From Escherichia coli (GTDB taxonomy: Bacteria > Pseudomonadota > Gammaproteobacteria > Enterobacterales > Enterobacteriaceae), in assembly GCF_051903065.1 (NCBI RefSeq), contig NZ_CP178439.1: a DNA stretch of 64,000 nucleotides, one strand, 5' to 3'. Numbering within the stretch: the first letter of the stretch is position 1; each line of letters opens with the position of its first letter. The notes beneath the pieces were generated by a model that made no database searches, was not told the origin of the DNA, and was given only the letters and a program-made list of their open reading frames with translations. Made by a program: the position numbers and the translations under genes. Of this stretch, positions 19,518 to 28,418 are shown one piece after another.

Positions 19518-20438
19518 ATGAATGCTATACAAAAGTTAGTTGAATCTATTCTTGTTAAAATGGGTTTTGTTGGCGCTGTAGTGGAAAATATATATTTGGA
19601 TTCAAAACCATTTCGGCATATTCGATTTGTGGCTGATATTCCAGTAATATCTTTTCTACCTCATTTGGTGAAATATCTTAAGGGTGCAGACCATCTTTAC
19701 AGTGGTAACGATGATTTGCATCCTCTTTTCATTTATTTTTCCGAAGCGGCTACATTAAAAGCAGGTCCTGTAAATCTCGCGAACTTTCGTTTTGAAGTTT
19801 CTATAGCTTCAACTCATTTACGACTGGTCTCAGAGCAGCCTGATTTGCTTTTCAAAGGATTTAACCGGGATAATCTAGAATACGTTTATTACCGCTCAGA
19901 TTTGGCCTCTAAGGATCTTATACTAGGCCTTGTTGAACACGGTTCTCCTTTCATAAAACATCTACATGGACTTATACAAAAGCGAATTTTAAACGAGTTC
20001 TCTCTGATTTTTTCTGTTCTTGAAAAGATTTTAGAAAGCGCGAAGCCACAAATTCTTGCTTGCTTCCATAGTGTTGATTATGAAATGAACGTAAAAATAA
20101 TAGCCGAAGCTATACCTGAAACTGTATCTAATCAGATAGTCACATCTGATTATATAGTTAATTCTATATCAGATGCGGACAAGTTTATAAATCATGTTCG
20201 TCGCTATTTAGCAGGCAGGGTAATGAAGAGGCGGATATACGCTGAATTAGATGTTTGTGAAGAAACATCAAGTATTTCACTAGTGAACTTAGGATGCTTT
20301 ACGTCTCCTCTGCTCGTTACGGAATATCAAATGTTTAAGCCACACTCTTCAGGGTTATATCGAAAAGCTATAAACAACTCCTTAAAACAGTTCAAACCAG
20401 AAATGCATGTACCTTCTGAAGAACTCTTTTATAATTAA
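19518..20438 (+). CDS. Hypothetical protein
   Basis: 306-aa ORF, ATG start. Confidence 0.55.
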   Translation: MNAIQKLVESILVKMGFVGAVVENIYLDSKPFRHIRFVADIPVISFLPHLVKYLKGADHLYSGNDDLHPLFIYFSEAATLKAGPVNLANFRFEVSIASTHLRLVSEQPDLLFKGFNRDNLEYVYYRSDLASKDLILGLVEHGSPFIKHLHGLIQKRILNEFSLIFSVLEKILESAKPQILACFHSVDYEMNVKIIAEAIPETVSNQIVTSDYIVNSISDADKFINHVRRYLAGRVMKRRIYAELDVCEETSSISLVNLGCFTSPLLVTEYQMFKPHSSGLYRKAINNSLKQFKPEMHVPSEELFYN

Positions 20439-20442
20439 TCTA

Positions 20443-20486
20443 ACCCATCCGGGAACCTGCTTCCCGGTGGGAAGCACTTCCTTTTT
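20443..20486 (+). terminator. Structured GC-run intergenic element E10
   Basis: CCGGGAA/TTCCCGG and GGAAG-cac-TTCC dyads followed by TTTTT; GAGGTAGTGTAAATG ribosome-binding context downstream. Confidence 0.5.
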
Positions 20487-20504
20487 AGTCATGAGGTAGT
20501 GTAA

Positions 20505-21368
20505 ATGTTTAAAGAATCTGACCACGTGGAATTTGTTAGTGCCTTTCTTTATCAAAATTTAGGCCTTAATGTTTCCGCTGACGATATAACCGTTCAATTA
20601 TCTGATACTTCGTTCGACAAAGTAACCTTTGATTACGATGTAGATATCGATAATTTAAATTGTATGTTGGATCTCTACATATCTGAGCTAATAAAGCACA
20701 ACGCATCTTACTCCGATTCTATTCTTTTGAAACAAAAAATAATTTATTTTCTTGGAGTATTTAAGAATTTCGGATTTTTTACGTTTGATATTCGCGGATA
20801 TAGTAATACTTTAAGCCCAGTTAAAGTTATTGATATTGTTTCAATGATTATTAATGACTGTGAAGAGTTATCTAAAGCTAATTCTTCTACTGATGCTATA
20901 AGAAATCTTTATCTCGATAAAATGAAGGTGGATGGGAAAGTGTTAGTTGCGAAATTTGCACTTAAACAGTTTTTTCATTCCGACTTTGGTGACTTTATCT
21001 CATTTGTCGAGAAAAGAATTACAGATTGTCTTAATGAAACTTTAAGGATTATCAAAGCTGTTGAACATGGCTTTGTACGTGTAGGGCAGCATAAGATTAA
21101 TCGCCGTATTAATGATGACTTAAAGTTATGCATTGATTTCAATACTGATGATTATCCGGCAAATATGCCAGATATATATATTAAGTTTAACGATACATTT
21201 GATGGGAACGGGGCGTTATATTGTGACAATGATGCCCTCATATCCCTCTATACCGATGTTGCTTCAATTATCAATGTGCCGGTGATGATGGAAGTAAGAT
21301 TGATCAATAAAAGAGGGCGTGTTGTCTGTGATTCTTCGCATTCAACTTACGTATCTCGGCTTTGTTGA
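20505..21368 (+). pseudogene. Hypothetical protein, paralog A; 3' end truncated by IS903
   Basis: Clear paralog of the gene at 22681-23637 (KVDGKVLVAKFALKQFF vs QVDGQVMIARFALQQFW). The ORF runs into the IS903 left end; removing the IS restores a C-terminus similar to the paralog. Confidence 0.6.
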
Positions 21369-22414
21369 ATAAATCGAACTTTTGCTGAGTTGAAGGATCA
21401 GATCACGTATCTTCCCGACAACGCAGACCGTTCCGTGGCAAAGCAAAAGTTCAAAATCACCAACTGGCCCACCTACAATAAAGCCCTCATCAACCGTGGC
21501 TCCATAACTTTCTGGCTGGATGATGAAGCTATTCAGGCCTGGTATGAGTCAGCAACACCTTCTTCACGAGGCAGACCTCAGCGCTATTCTGACCTTGCCA
21601 TCACGACTGTGCTGGTCATTAAACGCGTATTCAGGCTGACCCTGCGCGCTGCGCAGGGCTTTATTGATTCCATTTTTTCTCTGATGAACGTTCCGCTACG
21701 CTGCCCGGATTACAGCTGTGTCAGCAGGCGGGCAAAGTCGGTTAATGTCAGTTTCAAAACGCCCACCCGGGGTGAAATCGCACACCTGGTAATTGATTCC
21801 ACCGGGCTGAAGGTCTTCGGTGAAGGCGAGTGGAAAGTCAAAAAGCATGGCCAGGAACGCCGCCGTATCTGGCGTAAGCTGCATCTCGCCGTTGACAGTA
21901 AAACACATGAAATCATCTGCGCTGACCTGTCGCTGAACAACGTTACGGACTCAGAGGCCTTCCCCGGGTTAATCCGGCAAACCCACCGGAAAATCAGGTC
22001 AGCCGCCGCCGATGGCGCTTACGATACCCGGCTATGTCACGATGAACTGCGGCGTAAGAAAATCAGCGCGCTTATCCCTCCCCGAAAAGGTGCGGGTTAC
22101 TGGCCCGGTGAATATGCAGACCGTAACCGTGCAGTGGCTAATCAGCGAATGACCGGGAGTAATGCGCGGTGGAAATGGACAACAGATTACAACCGTCGCT
22201 CGATAGCGGAAACGGCGATGTACCGGGTAAAACAGCTGTTCGGGGGTTCACTGACACTGCGTGACTACGATGGTCAGGTTGCAGAGGCTATGGCCCTGGT
22301 ACGAGCGCTGAACAAAATGACGAAAGCAGGTATGCCTGAAAGCGTGCGTATTGCCTGAAAACACAACCCGCTACGGGGGAGACTTACCCGAAATCTGATT
22401 TATTCAACAAAGCC
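21358..22414 (+). mobile_element. IS903 (IS5 family), complete, 1057 bp
   Basis: 18-bp terminal inverted repeats GGCTTTGTTGAATAAATC at both ends; 9-bp direct target duplication ACGTATCTC at 21349-21357 and 22415-22423. Confidence 0.9.
21435..22358 (+). CDS. IS903 transposase
   Basis: 307-aa ORF from GTG 21435 (track extends upstream to TTG 21390); spans nearly the whole element between the inverted repeats; matches my recollection of the IS903 transposase. Confidence 0.85.
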   Translation: MAKQKFKITNWPTYNKALINRGSITFWLDDEAIQAWYESATPSSRGRPQRYSDLAITTVLVIKRVFRLTLRAAQGFIDSIFSLMNVPLRCPDYSCVSRRAKSVNVSFKTPTRGEIAHLVIDSTGLKVFGEGEWKVKKHGQERRRIWRKLHLAVDSKTHEIICADLSLNNVTDSEAFPGLIRQTHRKIRSAAADGAYDTRLCHDELRRKKISALIPPRKGAGYWPGEYADRNRAVANQRMTGSNARWKWTTDYNRRSIAETAMYRVKQLFGGSLTLRDYDGQVAEAMALVRALNKMTKAGMPESVRIA

Positions 22415-22529
22415 ACGTATCTCTCGAAAGTAATGACCGATACAGAGTAACTGATCGCACATTACTAATAACTGAAGCTTTTGACGATTTTCGTAACGCG
22501 TCTCAATGATCCTTTTGCTTCAGTCCAAA

Positions 22530-22540
22530 AAAGTAACTTT
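22530..22540. repeat. AAAGTWACTTT palindromic motif copy 6
   Basis: AAAGTAACTTT, intergenic; embedded between CTTCAGTCCAA and TTGGCTGAAG inverted repeats. Confidence 0.6.
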
Positions 22541-22620
22541 GGTTGGCTGAAGACACTTGTCTATGACAATGTAAAATCTGTCGCTGGCATCTTCTTTTAG
22601 CTTAACCAAATTTTTATCTA

Positions 22621-22662
22621 ACCCAGTGGGGAAGTCGCTTCCCTTCTGGGGCACTTCCTCTC
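22621..22662 (+). terminator. Structured GC-run intergenic element E11
   Basis: CCCAGTGGGGAAG-tcg-CTTCCC..GGGG runs ahead of the GAGGTAGTGTATATG start context, as upstream of paralog A. Confidence 0.4.
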
Positions 22663-22680
22663 AAATTCGAGGTAGTGTAT

Positions 22681-23637
22681 ATGACACATTCATCTGATGA
22701 TAAAAACTATGTCCGAGCAGTTCTGAGTTATCTTGGCATAGATTTTGATGAGGCGGATATAGTATTAAGTGTTTGCCATTGTCAAAGTGACGAGCTTTCT
22801 TTTACCTGTAATATCAAAGCTATTGAACTCAAGAATGCTGTTGATTTATATGTCGATAGTATCTCTGAGAATGAAATAGAAGCTTTAAACAGAGAATCTT
22901 TAAAATCGCGACTCTGTTACTTTCTTGAGGTGTTTGACGCAGTCTCTGGTCAGTACCTTGAAATTTCAGGAAAACACTTTGCAACTAGTCGTTTTGAATA
23001 TGATGATGTTTGTAGTGAAGTTCTTAGCATGTCTAATGATGTTTCTCAGTCGAAAGGTTATGACCGGGATGAATATAACAGACTGATGCAGGTTGATGGT
23101 CAGGTTATGATTGCCCGTTTTGCTTTGCAACAGTTCTGGGATACTCATTTTATTGGACTAATAACATTTGTATCTGAGTCTATAACATCGAGCCTCTATA
23201 AAGCTTATGAAACTTTTAGTGATATTAGTTTGGCTTGCTATAAACTGAGTGAATATTCTTATTCACGCTCTATCAACAGTGAATTGACCCTTAATATTTC
23301 ACTTAAAGAAAATGACTTCTGTGAGGACCTATCTGATTGCTATATGGAAGATGAGGCTTTACCTTCTGGTAGGGTAATTTCTCGACGCAACAATGACTCC
23401 ATAATAAGTATTTATGAGAGCTATGCTGCGGCTTCTTATATTCCGATGATTGCATCTTTGGAAGTCGTTGATGAATACGGCGAAGTGGTTACTGACCTCT
23501 GCCATACCGTTTATGTTTCAGAGTTAACCGGTGGGCGGATTAAAATCCACGACCGTAATGACTTAGTATCTGAAGTTTTCGATAACCTAAGAAATTTAAA
23601 TCTTGCAGTTGGAGATTCAGTTTCACAAGCTGCTTGA
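22681..23637 (+). CDS. Hypothetical protein, paralog B (intact)
   Basis: ATG 22681 with GAGGT upstream; 318 aa; C-terminal half aligns with paralog A. Confidence 0.6.
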   Translation: MTHSSDDKNYVRAVLSYLGIDFDEADIVLSVCHCQSDELSFTCNIKAIELKNAVDLYVDSISENEIEALNRESLKSRLCYFLEVFDAVSGQYLEISGKHFATSRFEYDDVCSEVLSMSNDVSQSKGYDRDEYNRLMQVDGQVMIARFALQQFWDTHFIGLITFVSESITSSLYKAYETFSDISLACYKLSEYSYSRSINSELTLNISLKENDFCEDLSDCYMEDEALPSGRVISRRNNDSIISIYESYAAASYIPMIASLEVVDEYGEVVTDLCHTVYVSELTGGRIKIHDRNDLVSEVFDNLRNLNLAVGDSVSQAA

Positions 23638-23676
23638 TTCTTTCCCTGATTTTGATTTTTTCTCACATACTCTTAT

Positions 23677-23701
23677 GGCACGGTTTCCGTGCCTTTTTTT
23701 T
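23677..23701 (+). terminator. Rho-independent terminator
   Basis: GGCACGG-ttt-CCGTGCC followed by T8. Confidence 0.7.
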
Positions 23702-23900
23702 GCCTCGCTTACAAGCGTCTACTCCTCTTCTACCTATCCCACCTTACATCACCACTTAAAATCTATCTTTCTAATTCCATTATCCTTTTCGTAGCCTCTA
23801 ATGCTCTGGTATGAACATACTCTTTAAACTCAAAAAAGTGCTATTAACGAAAAAAAATCCCTAAAGAGATTTGTATACTGTTCTCAACCAAGGAGAGCTC

Positions 23901-24176
23901 ATGAATGAACTAAAATCCAAAAACGAGAACAGTACCAAAAGCAACTTTCCCCCGGTTGATAATCAGTTTTGCTTTTACCATGTTGATTTCAGCATAGAAC
24001 GACTACTTTCTACGGCCGAGGATCTCCAGCTTGAGTACATCTTCCAGAAACCTGGAAGTGAAGTAAGAAAGGATTTGGTTGAGCGATTCGAACGTGGAGA
24101 GCGCTTTGTTACAGCTTCACACTGTGACAATTTCTGTGAAATCCTTGGTTGTCAAGGCCATCAGGAAAATGCATAA
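23901..24176 (+). CDS. Small hypothetical protein
   Basis: ATG 23901 preceded by AAGGAGAG; track ORF starts at TTG 23871. Confidence 0.45.
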   Translation: MNELKSKNENSTKSNFPPVDNQFCFYHVDFSIERLLSTAEDLQLEYIFQKPGSEVRKDLVERFERGERFVTASHCDNFCEILGCQGHQENA

Positions 24177-24220
24177 ACCCATAAACCTACATTTCCACTT
24201 TTAAGGATGTTCACTAAAGA

Positions 24221-24811
24221 ATGATTGGAGAAAGTATTTTTGACTGGGTAATTTACGGAATATCCATTTTGATATTTGCCTCAGCACTAATTGAAGGAAA
24301 GACAACTCGCTACCCAGCACTTTTTTTCTATGGGAGTTTAATTTTAATGTTAATCCTGATAGTTGCTGGAGGCCTTAACTGGTGGTTCTACAGGTCAAAA
24401 TATGGCGCAGTAATCGTTATCTTCACAGTGGTTTCTTTACTGATGACTCGATTCCGCCTGGTCATATATAAATTAAGATTAAGAAAGTTAGTTTCAGAGA
24501 TCAGATTTCGTATAAAAACGGGTTTTCGTATAATTCTTGTTTTGTCGGATAATGAGGATGAGCGTAATGTTCTGCTGTCTATGCTTAGCAACGTATTGCC
24601 AGAGCAAACGCTTATTCACACGCGTGATGCTCTCGGACCTCATTCAGGGCCTATCCTAAAAGCTCTTGAGCTACATCATCAACAGGGAACAGGTTACATA
24701 CTCGTCTGTGAACAACAAATCTCAGCGCGTACGTGGTTGAGTATCGTAGAAAATGGGAAACCTGATACATCTATAGCTGTTAATTTTCATTCGATCCCAG
24801 AAATGGAGTGA
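24221..24811 (+). CDS. Hypothetical membrane protein
   Basis: 196-aa ORF with three predicted N-terminal transmembrane segments. Confidence 0.5.
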   Translation: MIGESIFDWVIYGISILIFASALIEGKTTRYPALFFYGSLILMLILIVAGGLNWWFYRSKYGAVIVIFTVVSLLMTRFRLVIYKLRLRKLVSEIRFRIKTGFRIILVLSDNEDERNVLLSMLSNVLPEQTLIHTRDALGPHSGPILKALELHHQQGTGYILVCEQQISARTWLSIVENGKPDTSIAVNFHSIPEME

Positions 24812-24818
24812 TTTTTCA

Positions 24819-25076
24819 ATGAGTAGAACCGTTTCACAAAGTGTCACAGAAGATTGTCTTTTTGATACCCGCACACAAGTCAGATTACAACTAAGTCGAA
24901 GCGTTCATAAAACGCTGGCATCTGCTAAAGAAATTTTACAGGGAAGGGGGGTTGATTCGGTCTCTATTGAAGATCTTGTGCGAGCCTGTCTTGAAGAGAA
25001 CCAGCCAATTGATCTCGCCTCACTTTACCTTGAAAATCTCTTAAAACAGAAAGGTACCAGCATTTGCGATTTTTAG
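24819..25076 (+). CDS. Small hypothetical protein (85 aa)
   Basis: ORF 7 nt after the preceding stop, same strand. Confidence 0.4.
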   Translation: MSRTVSQSVTEDCLFDTRTQVRLQLSRSVHKTLASAKEILQGRGVDSVSIEDLVRACLEENQPIDLASLYLENLLKQKGTSICDF

Positions 25077-25149
25077 TGTTTTCAAACCTATTAGATAAAA
25101 TGCCGGTTGTGTTTATATAACATCAATAATTTCATGCAACAGGTAAAAC

Positions 25150-25686
25150 ATGAGTACTCAAAAGCAACTTTCCAGAACAACCGGCACTGAACGTATGTTT
25201 AAGGAAGAGCTGGCGTTATCCTTAATTTGTTGGGTTTTCACCAGTCCATTTACCAACTGGACCGATAAAGTCTTCAGTGGTATTGAAGTTCCGTCTGAAG
25301 GACCGTCAACATTACTGGGTGAGGCTGAAAAATTCTTTCGTTTTGTCGTTAATGAAGAAGGCTACGACGCAGGAAGGGCTGCTCTTGGTCTTGACCTATG
25401 TTGTTTTTCACTTCCGTCGTGTTTGTTCCCGGACGCTGCCCTGTCTGAGGAAGAGGTTATGAGTAAGTTAACCGGAGAAGTTATCCATGGGATTCTTCTT
25501 TCCTTACCTGAATTTATTGATATGCCAGAAGTGCTCGCTTACCAGGTCAGGGATGAAATTCTTGCTTTTAACACTCGCTGTGGAGACGGGATCTTTCATG
25601 GTTGGAACACGGCTTCAGAATTGTGGAAGTTTGAAATCTTTCCCCGCACCACCATCATGATGCAGCATACTTCGGCAATACATTAA
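25150..25686 (+). CDS. Hypothetical protein
   Basis: 178-aa ORF. Confidence 0.5.
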   Translation: MSTQKQLSRTTGTERMFKEELALSLICWVFTSPFTNWTDKVFSGIEVPSEGPSTLLGEAEKFFRFVVNEEGYDAGRAALGLDLCCFSLPSCLFPDAALSEEEVMSKLTGEVIHGILLSLPEFIDMPEVLAYQVRDEILAFNTRCGDGIFHGWNTASELWKFEIFPRTTIMMQHTSAIH

Positions 25687-25702
25687 AATTAGGCGGGGCA
25701 GA

Positions 25703-26149
25703 ATGCATAAAAAACTTTTTCTTCTCGAATGGAAACCCTGTCAGAGCCGCGTATGGGCCGGTTGGATGGCCCTGTGGTTGACTATCAGTTTTCTGATGTT
25801 ATCTGCCTTGCTTATGACAGATCATCTCCTGAACAAAGTCATCCTGCCGCCAACATGGTTGTTGATCTGGTTTTCGCCAATGCTGGGGTTTTTGATAAAA
25901 GTTCGCGTCGTCGAAACTCAACATTTCCTGGAGCATGACCTCTGTGTTGCAGGTTTCTCTTTTTACCGCTGGAAGAGGTTAGTTTCTCCCGGGCTTTGGT
26001 CAGTTGACTGTATAAATGGTCGTTTTCGCCTCAATCGGATCACCCAGGTGGGTAAGACTATCCACTATCCATGGCGTCTCCATTATCATCCTTTGTTCAT
26101 GAGCCCTATCGAACATAAATCGCATGCTGTGAAAGCTGTTTCAAAATGA
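25703..26149 (+). CDS. Hypothetical membrane protein
   Basis: 148-aa ORF with two hydrophobic segments. Confidence 0.45.
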   Translation: MHKKLFLLEWKPCQSRVWAGWMALWLTISFLMLSALLMTDHLLNKVILPPTWLLIWFSPMLGFLIKVRVVETQHFLEHDLCVAGFSFYRWKRLVSPGLWSVDCINGRFRLNRITQVGKTIHYPWRLHYHPLFMSPIEHKSHAVKAVSK

Positions 26150-26221
26150 CTTCTTTAGAGGTTTACATGACATTTATGTTCTGCAAGGTCAGCCAGGGCA
26201 GCAAAATTGATTTGAAATAAC

Positions 26222-27202
26222 ATGAGCCTGGAGAAACGTATGAGTTATGACGATTTGCCCTATTTTCGTGACCAGATTCTGGAACGTATCGACTCGCTTA
26301 AGTGTTTTCTTTCGAACACCCCCCCGCTGATGGCAAACCTGATGACTGTCTCCACCGTATCTCGAACAGAAGAGCGACTGAAGCAGGTTAAACCCATCAG
26401 GGTTAGTGTTAAAGACGATGCTTCGGTTGAGGAAATTATTCAGGCACTTACTGACATCTGTGTGGATGACATAGAGTCATTAAGTCATGATTCCACCAAA
26501 GTGACCACTAAATACCCGGGTCTTATCATTGTCCCAGAAAGAGCAGATCTTCTCGAAAGCTTGATCACATCTATAAATGAAGCAAAAAATGATTTTGCTG
26601 CGGCAATGAGGCGTATCGATAATAAAAAGAATGTCCGTTTTGATAAAGTGCACAAGAAGCTCCCGGGCCTTGTCGCTATGCACTCAACAAGAAATGTCCT
26701 TTTCATCAAGTCCCAGCTTAAAAAAGTTACTTTTTCATGGCGGCTAAACCGAAACCAGGAAGTTAAAACAGCAGAGCAACTTGTGAGTTTGTTGGAGCGC
26801 AGGAGAGCCTCAGAAGTAAAAAATGTAGCAACTACCAATTTGAATGTCGTGTCTAATATCGATAAGGCTTTACACCGTCTTGAATTTCACCCACTGAAGC
26901 AGGGCGAATCTTATCGCCTTTGTCGAACTAACTCTTTCCCTGTTCCGATTGCTCACATTTTTGCATTTAGGCCTGAAGGGCAGGAACGAAACGGGAATAA
27001 ATATGCTGAGACTGATTATTCAGTAGTAAAAGCATCCTTGCCCATTTTCGCAGCAGGCAACATACCTCAATTAAAAACGCTCTCTGACTGGGCTCCTGAA
27101 AACAGCCAGGGCCCGTCCAACCAACGGAAGCTGAGCCTGAAATATACAGAACTCGTGCCGGGGGCTGAGCTGGGCATTTTCATTGTCAGCCCCGAAAATT
27201 AA
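26222..27202 (+). CDS. Hypothetical protein
   Basis: 326-aa ORF; contains one AAAGTTACTTT motif copy. Confidence 0.55.
   Translation: MSLEKRMSYDDLPYFRDQILERIDSLKCFLSNTPPLMANLMTVSTVSRTEERLKQVKPIRVSVKDDASVEEIIQALTDICVDDIESLSHDSTKVTTKYPGLIIVPERADLLESLITSINEAKNDFAAAMRRIDNKKNVRFDKVHKKLPGLVAMHSTRNVLFIKSQLKKVTFSWRLNRNQEVKTAEQLVSLLERRRASEVKNVATTNLNVVSNIDKALHRLEFHPLKQGESYRLCRTNSFPVPIAHIFAFRPEGQERNGNKYAETDYSVVKASLPIFAAGNIPQLKTLSDWAPENSQGPSNQRKLSLKYTELVPGAELGIFIVSPEN
26723..26733. repeat. AAAGTWACTTT palindromic motif copy 7
   Basis: AAAAAGTTACTTTTT (15-bp palindrome) inside the ORFan gene at 26222-27202 (K-K-V-T-F). Confidence 0.6.
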
Positions 27203-27211
27203 GGAACAACA

Positions 27212-28117
27212 ATGCAATGGATTTCCACAGCCAGCCAGAAAATCGATGAGCGTCTCTATCGTGTCTGTGTCTGGGTAAAAAAATATCACGCTGATGCGAT
27301 TAACCGCGTTGTGCTTACCGTTGATCTAAGTAAAGCCCGACATGACCCTGACGAGGACCAGGTAAGAGCAGAGCTGCTGTGCGGCCATTATTTTTTGCTT
27401 CGTAAGGAAAACGCTTCGAACTCTGCGCCTGACGATCAAAAGTTTGCTTTCCTGCCTGACGGGCGCAATCTGTGTTGGCAGACCGCAACCCCGGTGCTTC
27501 AGCATCTCCTGCTCAATAAAAACGTTCCTGAGTCGCTGAGGTTGCTTACGGACTACATACATATGCGTCTGGCCAGGCTGACAATGGTACCAATGTCCGG
27601 AACCATCATGAACGAGGCTCTGCTGGACAGCATCAGCTGGGTTAAGGTGGATTTGACCTACTTCTGGCAGTACGAACAGCTCAGCTCTCATCTGGGACCC
27701 ATCCAGATAACCCACAAGGCACTAGTACGCTTCGGGCATCTGGCAAAGAATGATGAAAACTCCAGTGCCATAAGAATCCTGCGTCAGCGTCTGTCTTCAG
27801 AATTCTTACAAGAATTTCAGATGGCTGAGGATGAGCTAAAGCGCAAACAGTCGTTGATGGGCACCATGGACGTGAAAATGCTGTTTCATGCTCATTACCC
27901 CAGCCAGAAGATGCTGGTGGCTCGATATAAAAATGGTTGGGTAATGGTGGATTGTTTTCTGTTTCATCATACCAAACCTAAGAAAAAAGCAAAAAACAAA
28001 ACTACTGTGGCTAAGCCTCAACTTAAAGAGACTAAAAGAGAAGGGAGTGAAAATGGAACTGGGCATTATGGTGTGCATCGTGTTGTTACTCTCCGTGGCG
28101 GCGGCGTGGATCAGTAA
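27212..28117 (+). CDS. Hypothetical protein with Lys-rich C-terminus
   Basis: 301-aa ORF starting 10 nt after the preceding stop. Confidence 0.55.
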   Translation: MQWISTASQKIDERLYRVCVWVKKYHADAINRVVLTVDLSKARHDPDEDQVRAELLCGHYFLLRKENASNSAPDDQKFAFLPDGRNLCWQTATPVLQHLLLNKNVPESLRLLTDYIHMRLARLTMVPMSGTIMNEALLDSISWVKVDLTYFWQYEQLSSHLGPIQITHKALVRFGHLAKNDENSSAIRILRQRLSSEFLQEFQMAEDELKRKQSLMGTMDVKMLFHAHYPSQKMLVARYKNGWVMVDCFLFHHTKPKKKAKNKTTVAKPQLKETKREGSENGTGHYGVHRVVTLRGGGVDQ

Positions 28118-28397
28118 TAAGACAGTTGATTTGCTCGAAAGATTCTATTTCAAGCGTCCGCTGAGCATGGAGTACGCGGCATGGCTACGTGTAATGTGTG
28201 CAGGCTTGTTATTGGTTTTTATTCAGGTTGCTCCACAATTTACACTTCTGTATACCCTTAAACTTGTCACGCTTATTAATCTTGGAATCCAGACAATGAA
28301 ATTAAATGGCGTGTACAAATATAAAAGAACGGGAATTTTGCCTCCGGGAGGGGCACTCTCTAATCTCACCAGACTTAACCCGTTCAAGAAAAAATAA
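28053..28397 (+). CDS. Small hypothetical membrane protein
   Basis: ATG 28053 preceded by AAGGGAG; overlaps the 3' end of the preceding gene in another frame; two hydrophobic segments. Confidence 0.4.
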   Translation: MELGIMVCIVLLLSVAAAWISNKTVDLLERFYFKRPLSMEYAAWLRVMCAGLLLVFIQVAPQFTLLYTLKLVTLINLGIQTMKLNGVYKYKRTGILPPGGALSNLTRLNPFKKK

Positions 28398-28418
28398 AGT
28401 TATGCGCCCGTGAGGGCG

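Noticed and set aside
8885-22662. Integron-style cassette array, with the intergenic elements as attC sites
   Set aside because: The elements are 30-55 bp, lack the conserved attC core sites (RYYYAAC / GTTRRRY) and end in T-tracts; no IntI integrase or attI lies adjacent to the array.
8885-22662. CRISPR array
   Set aside because: The repeated elements are not identical, not regularly spaced at spacer scale, and are separated by full-length genes; no cas genes were recognised.
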